Origin: an uncultured bacterium
Lineage (GTDB): Bacteria; Babelota; Babeliae; Babelales; Babelaceae
Reading direction: 5' to 3'
Assembly: GCA_963759865.1 (NCBI GenBank)
Contig: CAVXAV010000002.1
Coordinates: 184,384-248,383, forward strand
DNA: 64,000 nt
This document shows, one piece after another, positions 48,014-56,654 of this stretch. The position numbers and the translations under genes are program-made. Numbering within the stretch: position 1 is the first letter of the stretch; each line of letters starts with the position of its first letter. The notes under the pieces were generated by a model. It was not told the DNA's origin. It was given only the letters and a program-made list of their open reading frames with translations, and searched no databases.

Positions 48014-49448
48014 ATTTTGTCCCTTTTTCTTTACAAACACGTCTTTTTAAAATTTCTTTATCTTTAATTCCTTCCTCAAGCTGAATCTCATAAGCCCGTT
48101 TTAAAATTTTTCCCATTTCAGGTCCTGGTTTTACCAGATCCATCACATCTCTGCCCCTCAGAATTGGTAGTTGAGCAGCAACGAGCGCTTGAGCCTCTTG
48201 CGCGTGCTTTAAGAAGGCCTTAATGAAATGAGGGATGCCGCAGAGTGGTTGATGCCCTGCGCCATTACGGCCCGAGTGATCCGCAAGCGCTACCTTGCCA
48301 AGCTGCTCTATAGTGGCGTATGGAGAAAGTTTAAGCGCTAAACGGCGGTAGGCAGCTTGCGTGGCGTGCAATTGGATAAATTGGCCTGGCTGCATATGAT
48401 ATTTTACTAGGAGACAGACCGTATCAATTATTCTCTTTTTGCGTGTAATGCGCCTGAGCAATGAACGGGCAAGCGGAACTCCAGCCTCTGCATGACCCGG
48501 ACTTTTTATCCTGCCATCTTTTTCAATTGTGGTTGAAACCTTCCCCAAATCATGACAAAGAGCGGCATAACAAAGAGTAAGCTTTTCAACTGATGAACTA
48601 TATGCAAGAACTGCTGCAGCATCTAAGGCTTGCATGAGATGCTCAAATACATTTCCTTCGGGATGCCAGTGAGGATCCTGCATAATAGCATGCATCTGAT
48701 AAAGCTCAGGCGCTATCTCCTGCAACTTCCCTACTGTTGCTAACCAGCGAATACCTAAAGAAGGGCACCTACTTTTTAAAATAAGTTTCTCAAATTCATC
48801 TTCTATACGCTCACGGGATACAGCAGAGATATCCATTATTTTACACGCTCTTTGCAATTCATCATCTGGATACATTTCAAATCGGCCAATAAACTGCATC
48901 ACCCGATAAAAACGAAGCGGATCTTCAGCAAAAAAATCAATTGCAGGTGAACGTAATATTTTATCCTTTATATCGTAAATGCCCCCAAAGGGATCTAACA
49001 ATACCTGAGATTTAAGATCGATTGCCAATGCGTTCATTGTAAGATCACGTCTTGAGAGAGCTTCTGTGATACCCATAAGCGGATTAATCGTTACCTCAGG
49101 TTTTCTTCCTGACTGATCAGTGCGCGGTAATGCCCAGTCTATGGGAATATCATGCATTTTTAACACACCAAATGATTTTCCGACAGTGCTTACTGGCCCA
49201 AATTGGCGTAAAAGTGCCTGCAATTGCTCCATGGTAAGACCATGAACTTCTAGGTCTACATCATGAATGGGTAATCCAAGTATAAGGTCACGAACGGCTC
49301 CGCCGACTAAGAAAGCTCTCCCCCCATGAGCATCTATGCTTAAAAAAATAGGAGAATAGTCATGCAAAAGTTCCTCTACTTTATACCCGAGCGGCGTTCC
49401 TTTAAGGGGGCCTTGTTTAATATTATCTAAATTTGGGTTATACTGCAT
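48012..49448 (-). CDS. cca: CCA-adding tRNA nucleotidyltransferase with HD domain
   Basis: Pol-beta nucleotidyltransferase head (LVGGAVRDLILGLPIHDVDLEV) and a C-terminal HD motif (ALCHDLGK). Confidence 0.85.
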   Translation of the reverse strand: MQYNPNLDNIKQGPLKGTPLGYKVEELLHDYSPIFLSIDAHGGRAFLVGGAVRDLILGLPIHDVDLEVHGLTMEQLQALLRQFGPVSTVGKSFGVLKMHDIPIDWALPRTDQSGRKPEVTINPLMGITEALSRRDLTMNALAIDLKSQVLLDPFGGIYDIKDKILRSPAIDFFAEDPLRFYRVMQFIGRFEMYPDDELQRACKIMDISAVSRERIEDEFEKLILKSRCPSLGIRWLATVGKLQEIAPELYQMHAIMQDPHWHPEGNVFEHLMQALDAAAVLAYSSSVEKLTLCYAALCHDLGKVSTTIEKDGRIKSPGHAEAGVPLARSLLRRITRKKRIIDTVCLLVKYHMQPGQFIQLHATQAAYRRLALKLSPYATIEQLGKVALADHSGRNGAGHQPLCGIPHFIKAFLKHAQEAQALVAAQLPILRGRDVMDLVKPGPEMGKILKRAYEIQLEEGIKDKEILKRRVCKEKGTK

Positions 49449-49484
49449 TGTGGCCTAAAATGTTATAAGTATAAGGGTATCTTT

Positions 49485-50279
49485 ATGAACAAAACACTTT
49501 TCTCCCTACTCATCATCAGCCTCCTCTATCAAAATTTTTTGCTGGCCCCTTTTGGTTTTAATCTTTGGCAAAAACAAGCAACAGAGACCATTACTAAAGA
49601 ATATGAAGACCTTCCTGAAAAATGCACCATGACCATTCACAATACAGAGGGTAGCATTACGGTCAAATCATGGCCACAAAAAAAAATACTCATCGAAGCT
49701 ACAAAAACAGGTACGGATGAGAATCAAAAAAGCACGCAAATTTCTGCTAAAATTTCCGGTTCTCAAGCAAGTATAATAACACGAGTAACTCCCGATCAAA
49801 AATCTTCTAAGGTAGAGTATACCCTCACCGTACCAGAGGATTCAACAGTCAAGGTTACACAGACTCTAGGATCTGTCACTATAAAAAAAATCAATGGACC
49901 ACTCGATGTATCAATCACAGAAAATGGTTCGATACAGATCATCGATAGCGCAAACGTCGTGAGTGCAATCACCCCTCTAGGAGACATCACGGTTCATCAG
50001 AAGAAATTTGATGATACCGCAAGCCTCATACTAAAAACTGATCGGGGAAACATAACGCTCCTTTTACCAAGGGAAACTCGTGCACTTCTTCACGCTAAAA
50101 CAGGGTCGGGAAAGATACAGTGTGATCACCCGGTAACACTTGCGGTTACCTCTCCCCTTAATGATGCTGCTTGGGATCGCATTAAAAAAGATATTGAAGG
50201 ATCACTTGGGGGAGTAGAGGGTGGATCGCCCATTACTCTAGAAACCGCGAAGGGATCGATCACATTAAAAGTTGATTAG
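49485..50279 (+). CDS. Hypothetical secreted beta-rich protein (DUF4097-like repeats)
   Basis: Signal peptide followed by repeated G(S/N)ITV/ GDITV / GSITL strands typical of putative-adhesin beta-helix proteins. Confidence 0.5.
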   Translation: MNKTLFSLLIISLLYQNFLLAPFGFNLWQKQATETITKEYEDLPEKCTMTIHNTEGSITVKSWPQKKILIEATKTGTDENQKSTQISAKISGSQASIITRVTPDQKSSKVEYTLTVPEDSTVKVTQTLGSVTIKKINGPLDVSITENGSIQIIDSANVVSAITPLGDITVHQKKFDDTASLILKTDRGNITLLLPRETRALLHAKTGSGKIQCDHPVTLAVTSPLNDAAWDRIKKDIEGSLGGVEGGSPITLETAKGSITLKVD

Positions 50280-50403
50280 AATACTTATCTAGAGCATTCT
50301 CAGTTTCAAACTAAAACATTGCAGCATTCTCTGCCGTTGATGGTGCATCTCGAAGGTACAATGTCCGCGAGAGTTTAAAAAGTGGGATACAAGTTTATTT
50401 TTT

Positions 50404-50475
50404 GGGGGTCCAGGGGTGCTCCCCGGCGCAGGTGAAGGACTGCGCGCAGCGGTCCTTCCGCTCGGCGCGTAGCCG
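50404..50475 (-). repeat. GC-rich structured repeat, copy 3 (solo)
   Basis: Plus strand reads GGGGGTCCAGGGGTGCTCCCCGGCGCAGGTGAAGGACTGCGCGCAGCGGTCCTTCCGCTCGGCGCGTAGCCG. It aligns block by block with 27491-27567 and lies 29 nt from the 3' end of tRNA-Ala. Confidence 0.7.
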
Positions 50476-50504
50476 CTTAAATTTCGCGTAGCCGTCTTAG
50501 TTAC

Positions 50505-50580
50505 TGGTGGAGTTGACGGGAGTCGAACCCGTGACCTCATGAATGCCATCCATGCGCTCTGCCAGCTGAGCTACAACCCC
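50505..50580 (-). tRNA. tRNA-Ala (anticodon GGC), CCA encoded
   Basis: Minus strand reads GGGGTTGTAGCTCAGCTGGCAGAGCG-CATGG-ATGGCAT-TCATG...GGTTCGACTCC...CAACTCCACCA. The G3:U70 alanine identity pair is present. Confidence 0.9.
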
Positions 50581-50675
50581 AACATTGATAGTGTAAGAAA
50601 TTTATGTGAAAGAGCAAGTAGGGAAAAAATCGAAAATGCTGTAGAATAGAAGTACATACTTGTTTGTATTAAGGA

Positions 50676-52247
50676 GTGAGCGTGAATTATTTTTTTTCTC
50701 TACTATGTGCATATCTTGCAACTCTACCTCTTTTTGGTTATGAAATTACCCATAGGGTACAAAAACTTGATCAAAATACACAGTCAGTTGCGCTCACCTT
50801 TACATTGAAGCCTGGGGAATATCTGTATAAAGAAAGTATCATTGCCAGCATAAATAATCCCCATATTATCCTCACACCATCCTCGCCTTCATCTCAAGCA
50901 GTTACCTTTTTTGACGAGCAATTAAAAAAGGAAAGGGAAGGATACAAAAATAGCGTAACTTTTACCTTTACTGCTAAAAAAGCACCCGAGGAGACGATAC
51001 ACCAAGCAGATTTCCACATGCATTTTGCTGTTACTACCACTACCGAGCCTCAAGAAAAAAGTATCACGCTTGAATTTAGCAAGCCCGTACAGGAAAAAAG
51101 TTCCGCAAATCCCGTCCTTGAACCCCTTAGCCCATCTAAACAAATTCTTGTTACTCACACGCCTTCCTGTGAGCCACAACAACCCTCACTTCTTGGCTCT
51201 TTTGTGCAAAAAATAATTAATTGGATCAAGGTACAGGTTTCTCATGCAAAAGAAATCTCAACAACACTTTTTACTTCAACGGGATCTCGCTTCATTCGCT
51301 GCGTGGCTGCACTTTTGTTAGGGCTTTTATTGAGTCTTACCCCGTGCATTTATCCGATGATTCCTATCACGATAGGGATCCTACAAGCAAATGGGACCTC
51401 ATCAGGTTTTAGAAATTTTTTACTTGCAGGGAGTTATACATTAGGCATTTCAACGACGTTTGCCTTACTTGGTTTTATTGCTGCTCTTGGCAGTTGTGTT
51501 TTTGGTGAACTCCAAGGAAGCCCGTGGCTCGTCATTCCTTTAGCAGCGCTGCTTATCTATTTTGGTCTTTCTATGTTTGACTGGGTTCATTTCTATGTAC
51601 CAAAATTTTTGCAACCAAAAACGAGCAAAGTAAAAGGAGGCTCACTTCTTTCAGCATATCTTTTTGGCGCAATAAGCGGGACTATAGCATCCCCGTGTTT
51701 TTCGCCTGGCCTTATACTTATTTTAAATTATGTAACCACCATTGGCACGCAATACACAGGTGCAAGTGCAATTGCAGGTTACCTTGAAGGGTTGTTATTA
51801 TTGTTTATTTTCGGTGTAGGTTCAAGTCTTCCTCTTTTACTCATCGGTACATTTTCAACCTCCTTACATTTTCTGCCCAAAGCAGGCATGTGGATGGTAG
51901 AAATCAAAAAACTCGTGGGCCTTATGCTTATATTCATGGCATTCTATCAACTTTCTCACCTCGAGCGCTTGCTACCCTGGTACCTTTTTGTCTGGGTAAT
52001 TGTGCTCAGCCTGTTTGCACTTGGCATCTATTATTTTGCAACAGTGGGTACACACGATCGCCCGAGTATGAAACGCTACAAAAACGCCATGGGAACGCTC
52101 CTTATAGTTCTTGCCTGCATTATGATGGTCCAAGGCCAGAAAGCCCTCTATGACCATTTCTATCCCCATAAAGCGACTATGTGGCTCACTGATTATGATA
52201 AAGCGCGAGAAAACGCTCTTAAAAAACAGAAACTTTTGTTTTATTGA
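50676..52247 (+). CDS. dsbD: DsbD-like thiol:disulfide interchange protein, N-terminal and TM part (fragment 1 of a frameshifted gene)
   Basis: Signal peptide, a periplasmic beta-rich domain, then the cytochrome c biogenesis DsbD TM core with its two Cys (LTPCIYPMIP and ASPCFSPGL). It ends ...WLTDYDKARENALKKQKLLFY*. Confidence 0.75.
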   Translation: MSVNYFFSLLCAYLATLPLFGYEITHRVQKLDQNTQSVALTFTLKPGEYLYKESIIASINNPHIILTPSSPSSQAVTFFDEQLKKEREGYKNSVTFTFTAKKAPEETIHQADFHMHFAVTTTTEPQEKSITLEFSKPVQEKSSANPVLEPLSPSKQILVTHTPSCEPQQPSLLGSFVQKIINWIKVQVSHAKEISTTLFTSTGSRFIRCVAALLLGLLLSLTPCIYPMIPITIGILQANGTSSGFRNFLLAGSYTLGISTTFALLGFIAALGSCVFGELQGSPWLVIPLAALLIYFGLSMFDWVHFYVPKFLQPKTSKVKGGSLLSAYLFGAISGTIASPCFSPGLILILNYVTTIGTQYTGASAIAGYLEGLLLLFIFGVGSSLPLLLIGTFSTSLHFLPKAGMWMVEIKKLVGLMLIFMAFYQLSHLERLLPWYLFVWVIVLSLFALGIYYFATVGTHDRPSMKRYKNAMGTLLIVLACIMMVQGQKALYDHFYPHKATMWLTDYDKARENALKKQKLLFY

Positions 52248-52569
52248 TATTGGAGCTACGTATTGCGGTGCTTGTAAGGCGCTCGATAGTCAAATTTTTT
52301 CGCAAGAAAAAGTTATGGCTGAGCTTTCAAAATTTGTGCAACTTAAAATTGACTCAGATGTCCATACAGCTGCATACGAAAAAGTTAAGGCAAAATATTC
52401 TTCATTTATACACGGTTTTCCAACCTACCTTATTATAGATCCTACATCTGAAGAAGTCCTTAAGAAGTGGAGTGTGGAAATCGATTCCCTGAGTCTGGAA
52501 GGTATCATCGATGAGTTTGAGAAGCTACGAGTTTCCCATACACCTACTACGCATACAAAATTACCGTAA
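52150..52569 (+). CDS. dsbD: Thioredoxin-like domain (DsbD gamma-domain, fragment 2 of the frameshifted gene)
   Basis: FIDIGATYCGACKALD carries the CxxC motif. The thioredoxin fold begins in the previous frame (W..DYDKA...KKQKLLF) and continues here. The two frames differ by +1. Confidence 0.7.
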   Translation: MTISIPIKRLCGSLIMIKREKTLLKNRNFCFIDIGATYCGACKALDSQIFSQEKVMAELSKFVQLKIDSDVHTAAYEKVKAKYSSFIHGFPTYLIIDPTSEEVLKKWSVEIDSLSLEGIIDEFEKLRVSHTPTTHTKLP

Positions 52570-52574
52570 GCTCT

Positions 52575-52907
52575 TTAAGCGCTTTTAAAAGAATTTCCTT
52601 TTTTCTCTTCATCGACACGGCGTTCTTTTGCACGACGAATTTCGATGATCATCTTGTCGGTAACTCGATCAATTTCTTGGTACATTTCAGGTCCCTCATG
52701 ATGGGCTATCAATTCATAATGGGGAGTCTTAACACGAAGTTCAACTTTGTTATGAGCGTGTACGGTGGAGGCCTCGAGTACAAGATCAATATAGATGGGA
52801 GTTCTTTCATGCTCTAGTAGTTTTTCTACTTTCTCTAGATGCTTATTTGCAAACTCTTCAAGTACCGGCGTGCTTTCCATATTCCTAAAAGCAATGCGTT
52901 TTTGCAT
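52575..52907 (-). CDS. hpf: Ribosome hibernation promoting factor (short HPF/RaiA family)
   Basis: 110 aa, MQKRIAFRNMESTPVLEEFANKHLEKV...HAHNKVELRV, typical of the sigma54-modulation/S30EA family. Confidence 0.8.
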   Translation of the reverse strand: MQKRIAFRNMESTPVLEEFANKHLEKVEKLLEHERTPIYIDLVLEASTVHAHNKVELRVKTPHYELIAHHEGPEMYQEIDRVTDKMIIEIRRAKERRVDEEKKGNSFKSA

Positions 52908-52927
52908 AATGAGTCCTCTCCTTAGGC

Positions 52928-54259
52928 TTACTCTGTTATCTTTGTACCTTTTTTAACAATGAACTTCACGGGTACACCAATCATATCATACTCGGAACGT
53001 AAAAGATTTTCAAAAAAAGTTAGTTGCGATTCGCCAAACCACTCTGGTTCATTTACCCGTAGTTCCAAAGTAATCGGAGCTGCTTTAACCTGTCTAACCT
53101 TATATAAACGCAATAAACGAGTTTTGTTATATAATGGTTTCTTAAAAAGGGCCCCCATAAAAAGCTTAGTAAGTTCTGCATCATCAAAATGCTGATTATA
53201 ACGTTGCCATACTTCCTGTATAAGAGGCATGACCTTCCCGACATTTTTACCCGTCTTACAAGAAATCTGTAAGACGGCTATCTTTTTAATAAGGAACTCA
53301 TAGTACTCAAAGCTTCTTTCCAAATCTTGTCTGCTTACATCGTTAATCAAATCCTGCTTATTAATGAGTAAAATCAGTGCCTTATAGTGCTTTGCAAAAG
53401 CATAAAAAGCCAACTTCAGCTCCTGATCTACTAACTCATGAGAACTGCCATCTATTAAAAGGACCACAATATCTGACTTTTTTAATGCTTGAAAAGCACT
53501 TTTAACCATGAGCGGCTCGAGTTCACCCGACACGGCCCGCTTTCTTCGTATACCCGGGGTATCGGTAAGTTCGATCGCTTCCTTATAAAACATGATTTGC
53601 TCCGAGACTGCTTCCCTTGTTGTACCGGGAATTTCAGACACAAGTGCCCGCTCTTCTTTTAAAAGAGCATTCATGAGCGATGATTTTCCTACGTTAGGCT
53701 TTCCCAAAAGCATCACCCGAAAGACCGGAGCCGTTTCAACCGGATGGCCAGACTTTTCTGGAAGTGCTTCAATAATGGCATCAAGCACATCTTCAATTCC
53801 TCGTGCATGGGCTGCAGAAATCGGTATCATGTGCGCAAAGCCTAAGCGTTCAAACTCATAGTGCTCTTCTTGCGCTCTTTTACTGTCCATTTTATTAATG
53901 ACCAGAATAACTGGTTTATTCATTTTATGCAGATATGAAGCGATTTCACGATCTTCTGGGATAATCCCTGTGGTACCATCTACCATAAAAATGAGAACAT
54001 CTGCCTTTTCTATAAGATCTAGAACTTTTTTACGCACCGCTTGCAAAAGTTCATCGTGAGATTTGCGTAGATGGATCCCGCCACTATCGATGAGATCAAA
54101 CCGTTTGCCTTTCCAATCAATTTCTTCTTTAATAAAGTCCCTTGTTACACCCTCATAATCAAGTGTTATGCTTTTCACATCTTTGCTTATGCTATTAAAA
54201 AGAGTTGACTTGCCGACGTTCATACGCCCCACAATTACTACTGATCCTGCCGCCTTCAT
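52928..54259 (-). CDS. der: GTPase Der (EngA)
   Basis: Two tandem G domains (GRMNVGKSTLFN and GKPNVGKSSLMN; DTPG, NKxD) plus a KH-like C-terminus. The start forms an ATGA overlap with the dnaX stop (54256-54259). Confidence 0.9.
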   Translation of the reverse strand: MKAAGSVVIVGRMNVGKSTLFNSISKDVKSITLDYEGVTRDFIKEEIDWKGKRFDLIDSGGIHLRKSHDELLQAVRKKVLDLIEKADVLIFMVDGTTGIIPEDREIASYLHKMNKPVILVINKMDSKRAQEEHYEFERLGFAHMIPISAAHARGIEDVLDAIIEALPEKSGHPVETAPVFRVMLLGKPNVGKSSLMNALLKEERALVSEIPGTTREAVSEQIMFYKEAIELTDTPGIRRKRAVSGELEPLMVKSAFQALKKSDIVVLLIDGSSHELVDQELKLAFYAFAKHYKALILLINKQDLINDVSRQDLERSFEYYEFLIKKIAVLQISCKTGKNVGKVMPLIQEVWQRYNQHFDDAELTKLFMGALFKKPLYNKTRLLRLYKVRQVKAAPITLELRVNEPEWFGESQLTFFENLLRSEYDMIGVPVKFIVKKGTKITE

Positions 54260-55944
54260 ACCCCCTCACTTTCGGGGTTTTCCTGACTGACGCTTAATGT
54301 TCCGGGAAATACACGCAATAAAGCATGTGCTTTTTGCCATTTTTCCGTATCAGTAATAGTAACAACCTTCTGCGCAGCAATACGCTCTTTTTTACTAGGC
54401 AGGGGAGTATTTTGGGGCACAGGCCTACCAGGCAATTTGACTGGCTCGACTGCTTTAGGTACACGCTCTTTAGCTGGTCCGGTAAAATGAGGCACCAGTT
54501 CTACCCCCGGGGAAAAAAAGCGATTAATTATCGGTTGCCACACTTTTTGCGTATTAACAAGCCATTCTTTAAAAAAAAGAAGGTCCTGAGAAAATGTAAC
54601 TTCTAGACGCTTATTTTGTGCATCGCAGGCATGCGGAACACCTTGTTTAAAAATAGATACTACTAAGGGATCATGTAATTTTTCAATCTCTTGCAGGCAG
54701 GAATCCCAGGCTGAAACAGCTTTACTTTCTTGATCGACGGCAGCTACAGCTCTTTGCTCAGCCTTGTTTATGAGATCTGGCGCACTCTCCTGTATTGGGC
54801 TTGTGCGACGAGTCTCATCCCTGCTCTCTCGGGCCGCCCGTGGATTTTTTGGTTGCTCATTTTGTGCCATCTTTAAAAGCATCATTTCGAGCATGCATTC
54901 CGGAGTTGCTGTTTTAGCAAATGCCAATTCATACTCATAGCATAGTTCAAATAAGCGCAATAACTGATCAAGAGAACAATTTTTCGTTATCTCCCTTAAA
55001 ACATGCGTAGAAGTACCCTCTTGAGGATCAACTCCATTTTTTACCCATAAAGAGAGACGAATAAGCTCAACAAAGCTTTTCCAAACAAGAGTAGGAGCAT
55101 AATTCTTGAGATTCATCTGGTGTATTGTCCCTAAAACATCAGCACCTGATCCATACAGCACAACGCGTAAAAGCTCACATAAGCGTTCATCATCAATCTT
55201 TCCAAGGAGCTCGATTACACTTGTTTGGGTAATGGATGGATAAGCAATCCGCACACGTTCAACAAGATTTAATGCATCGCGCATTGATCCTTCTGTTTCC
55301 TGAGCTATAAGAATAAGCGCTTCTTTTTCAAAAGGGATAGCTTCAGCTAAGCAAATCCGCGCAAGGTGCTCAACAACCTCACATGATTCAATAGGCTCGA
55401 AAAAGAGCTGAAAGCAGCGTGATGTAACAGTTTCTAATATTTTATGTGGATCGGTTGTCGCCAATAAAAACACAACGGAAAGAGGCGGCTCTTCAAGTAT
55501 TTTTAAAAAGGCGTTAAAAGCTGCCTTACTGAGCATATGAGCTTCATCAATAAGATAAATCTTTTTGCTGCCCAACACTGGAACAAATGCAGAGGCATCA
55601 ATAATGGCACGAACGTTATCAACACCCGTGTGAGATGCCGCATCAATTTCTATAAAATCAGGATGCTTTGATACCTGCATTGCTCGACATGATGCACACA
55701 CCAAACAAGGTATTTGCTGATTTTGTGGATTTTTTTGAAATTGTTCTAAAGCTTGGCAATTAAGAGCTGCTGCAAATATCCTACCAATGCTCGTTTTACC
55801 ACACCCGCGGGTTCCTGACAAGAGGTACACAGGAAAAATAAGATTGCGATAGAGGCTATTTTTAACCAGCCTCACCACTAACTGTTGGCCTACAATTTCA
55901 TCAAAATGCTGTGATCGCCATTTACGGGCAAGATTAAGATGCAT
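54256..55944 (-). CDS. dnaX: DNA polymerase III subunit gamma/tau
   Basis: LLSGTRGCGKTS Walker A, the Zn module CLVCASCRAM, IYLIDEAHML, and the sensor region TSRCF. Length is 562 aa. Confidence 0.9.
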   Translation of the reverse strand: MHLNLARKWRSQHFDEIVGQQLVVRLVKNSLYRNLIFPVYLLSGTRGCGKTSIGRIFAAALNCQALEQFQKNPQNQQIPCLVCASCRAMQVSKHPDFIEIDAASHTGVDNVRAIIDASAFVPVLGSKKIYLIDEAHMLSKAAFNAFLKILEEPPLSVVFLLATTDPHKILETVTSRCFQLFFEPIESCEVVEHLARICLAEAIPFEKEALILIAQETEGSMRDALNLVERVRIAYPSITQTSVIELLGKIDDERLCELLRVVLYGSGADVLGTIHQMNLKNYAPTLVWKSFVELIRLSLWVKNGVDPQEGTSTHVLREITKNCSLDQLLRLFELCYEYELAFAKTATPECMLEMMLLKMAQNEQPKNPRAARESRDETRRTSPIQESAPDLINKAEQRAVAAVDQESKAVSAWDSCLQEIEKLHDPLVVSIFKQGVPHACDAQNKRLEVTFSQDLLFFKEWLVNTQKVWQPIINRFFSPGVELVPHFTGPAKERVPKAVEPVKLPGRPVPQNTPLPSKKERIAAQKVVTITDTEKWQKAHALLRVFPGTLSVSQENPESEGV

Positions 55945-55974
55945 GGGATGCGCTCCTTACATCGTATGTATTAA

Positions 55975-56055
55975 GGAAGCTTATACAGAACATCGCTACT
56001 CGTGCTGCTTCCTTTCAGACCTGACACAGTAAGCATCTAGTTCTTATAAGCTTCC
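55975..56055 (-). ncRNA. ffs: Signal recognition particle RNA (small 4.5S type)
   Basis: Minus strand reads GGAAGCTTATAAGAAC...GTGTCAGGTCTGAAAGGAAGCAGCAC...GTTCTGTATAAGCTTCC. The helix-8 core matches the conserved GUCAGGUCCGGAAGGAAGCAGC with a GAAA tetraloop. The 5' and 3' ends pair over about 16 bp. It lies directly upstream of dnaX. Confidence 0.8.
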
Positions 56056-56071
56056 AACTTTTAGGTCATTT

Positions 56072-56163
56072 TGGTGGAGAGAGAGGGATTCGAACCCTCG
56101 ATACCCTTTTCAGGATATACGTGATTTCCAATCACGCTCTTTCGGCCACTCAGACACCTCTCC
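56072..56163 (-). tRNA. tRNA-Ser (anticodon GGA), long variable arm, CCA encoded
   Basis: Minus strand reads GGAGAGGTGTCTGAGTGGCCGAAAGAGC-GTGAT-TGGAAAT-CACGT...variable arm...GGTTCGAATCC...CTCTCCACCA. Confidence 0.9.
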
Positions 56164-56355
56164 GCCCTTACTCTTGAACGCTCGGTTCATTTGCTACAGG
56201 GGCTTCTTGAATAACTCCCTTTCTGGACGATTCCTGCTTTTCAGCTGTCTCGCCTGCGGCTTGCTCAGCTTTGACAGGTCCGCTGAGCTTGGCGGGAACC
56301 TTCTCTTTGTTTTGTGCCAACAACCCTTTTAGTACGACGAGCTGCAGCACGTTTT

Positions 56356-56628
56356 TTAGAGGCTCTCATCTTCTTCTTCAGGCTCAAATACCATTCCCTC
56401 AATGCCCGACTCAAAAGTCTCGGCAAAAGTCAACTGTTCTTTAGGCTTGGTAGCCGCAACTTCTTGTCCACGGCGTATTGCTTCAGCCATATAATCCATA
56501 AGAATCTGTATGGAACGAGGCGCATCATCATTAGCAGGAATGACATGTTTGATCATATCGGGGTCACTATTGGTATCAACAATTCCTACCACAGGAATCC
56601 CCATTGTGGCTGCTTCTTTTACGCACAC
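56356..56628 (-). CDS. rpsB: 30S ribosomal protein S2, C-terminal fragment
   Basis: S2 homology in this frame begins upstream of the listed ORF (ALNNIVGGIRTLSWPVGAVVVVDVKKEHVCVKEAATMGIPVVGIVDTNSDPDMIKHVIPANDDAPRSI) and is open from 56724. Confidence 0.85.
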   Translation of the reverse strand: MCVKEAATMGIPVVGIVDTNSDPDMIKHVIPANDDAPRSIQILMDYMAEAIRRGQEVAATKPKEQLTFAETFESGIEGMVFEPEEEDESL

Positions 56629-56654
56629 ATGCTCTTTTTTAACATCAACTACAA

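Noticed and set aside
54844-54850. A AAA AAT heptamer in dnaX (codons for P-K-N, about residue 368 of 562), at a tau/gamma-like position. This raises the idea of programmed -1 frameshifting as in E. coli dnaX.
   Set aside because: The -1 frame runs 9 more codons before a stop rather than terminating at once. I see no convincing downstream stem-loop or upstream SD-like stimulator. A single A6 run is expected by chance in an AT-rich gene.
56168-56350. 60-aa GTG-initiated ORF between rpsB and tRNA-Ser, considered as a possible C-terminal extension of S2 or a tsf remnant.
   Set aside because: It is out of frame with the S2 stop. The stop TAA begins with a T outside the A-run, so a homopolymer error cannot fuse them. 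The product is low-complexity (K/A/E/Q-rich) with no EF-Ts or other motif and no RBS. I leave it unannotated.
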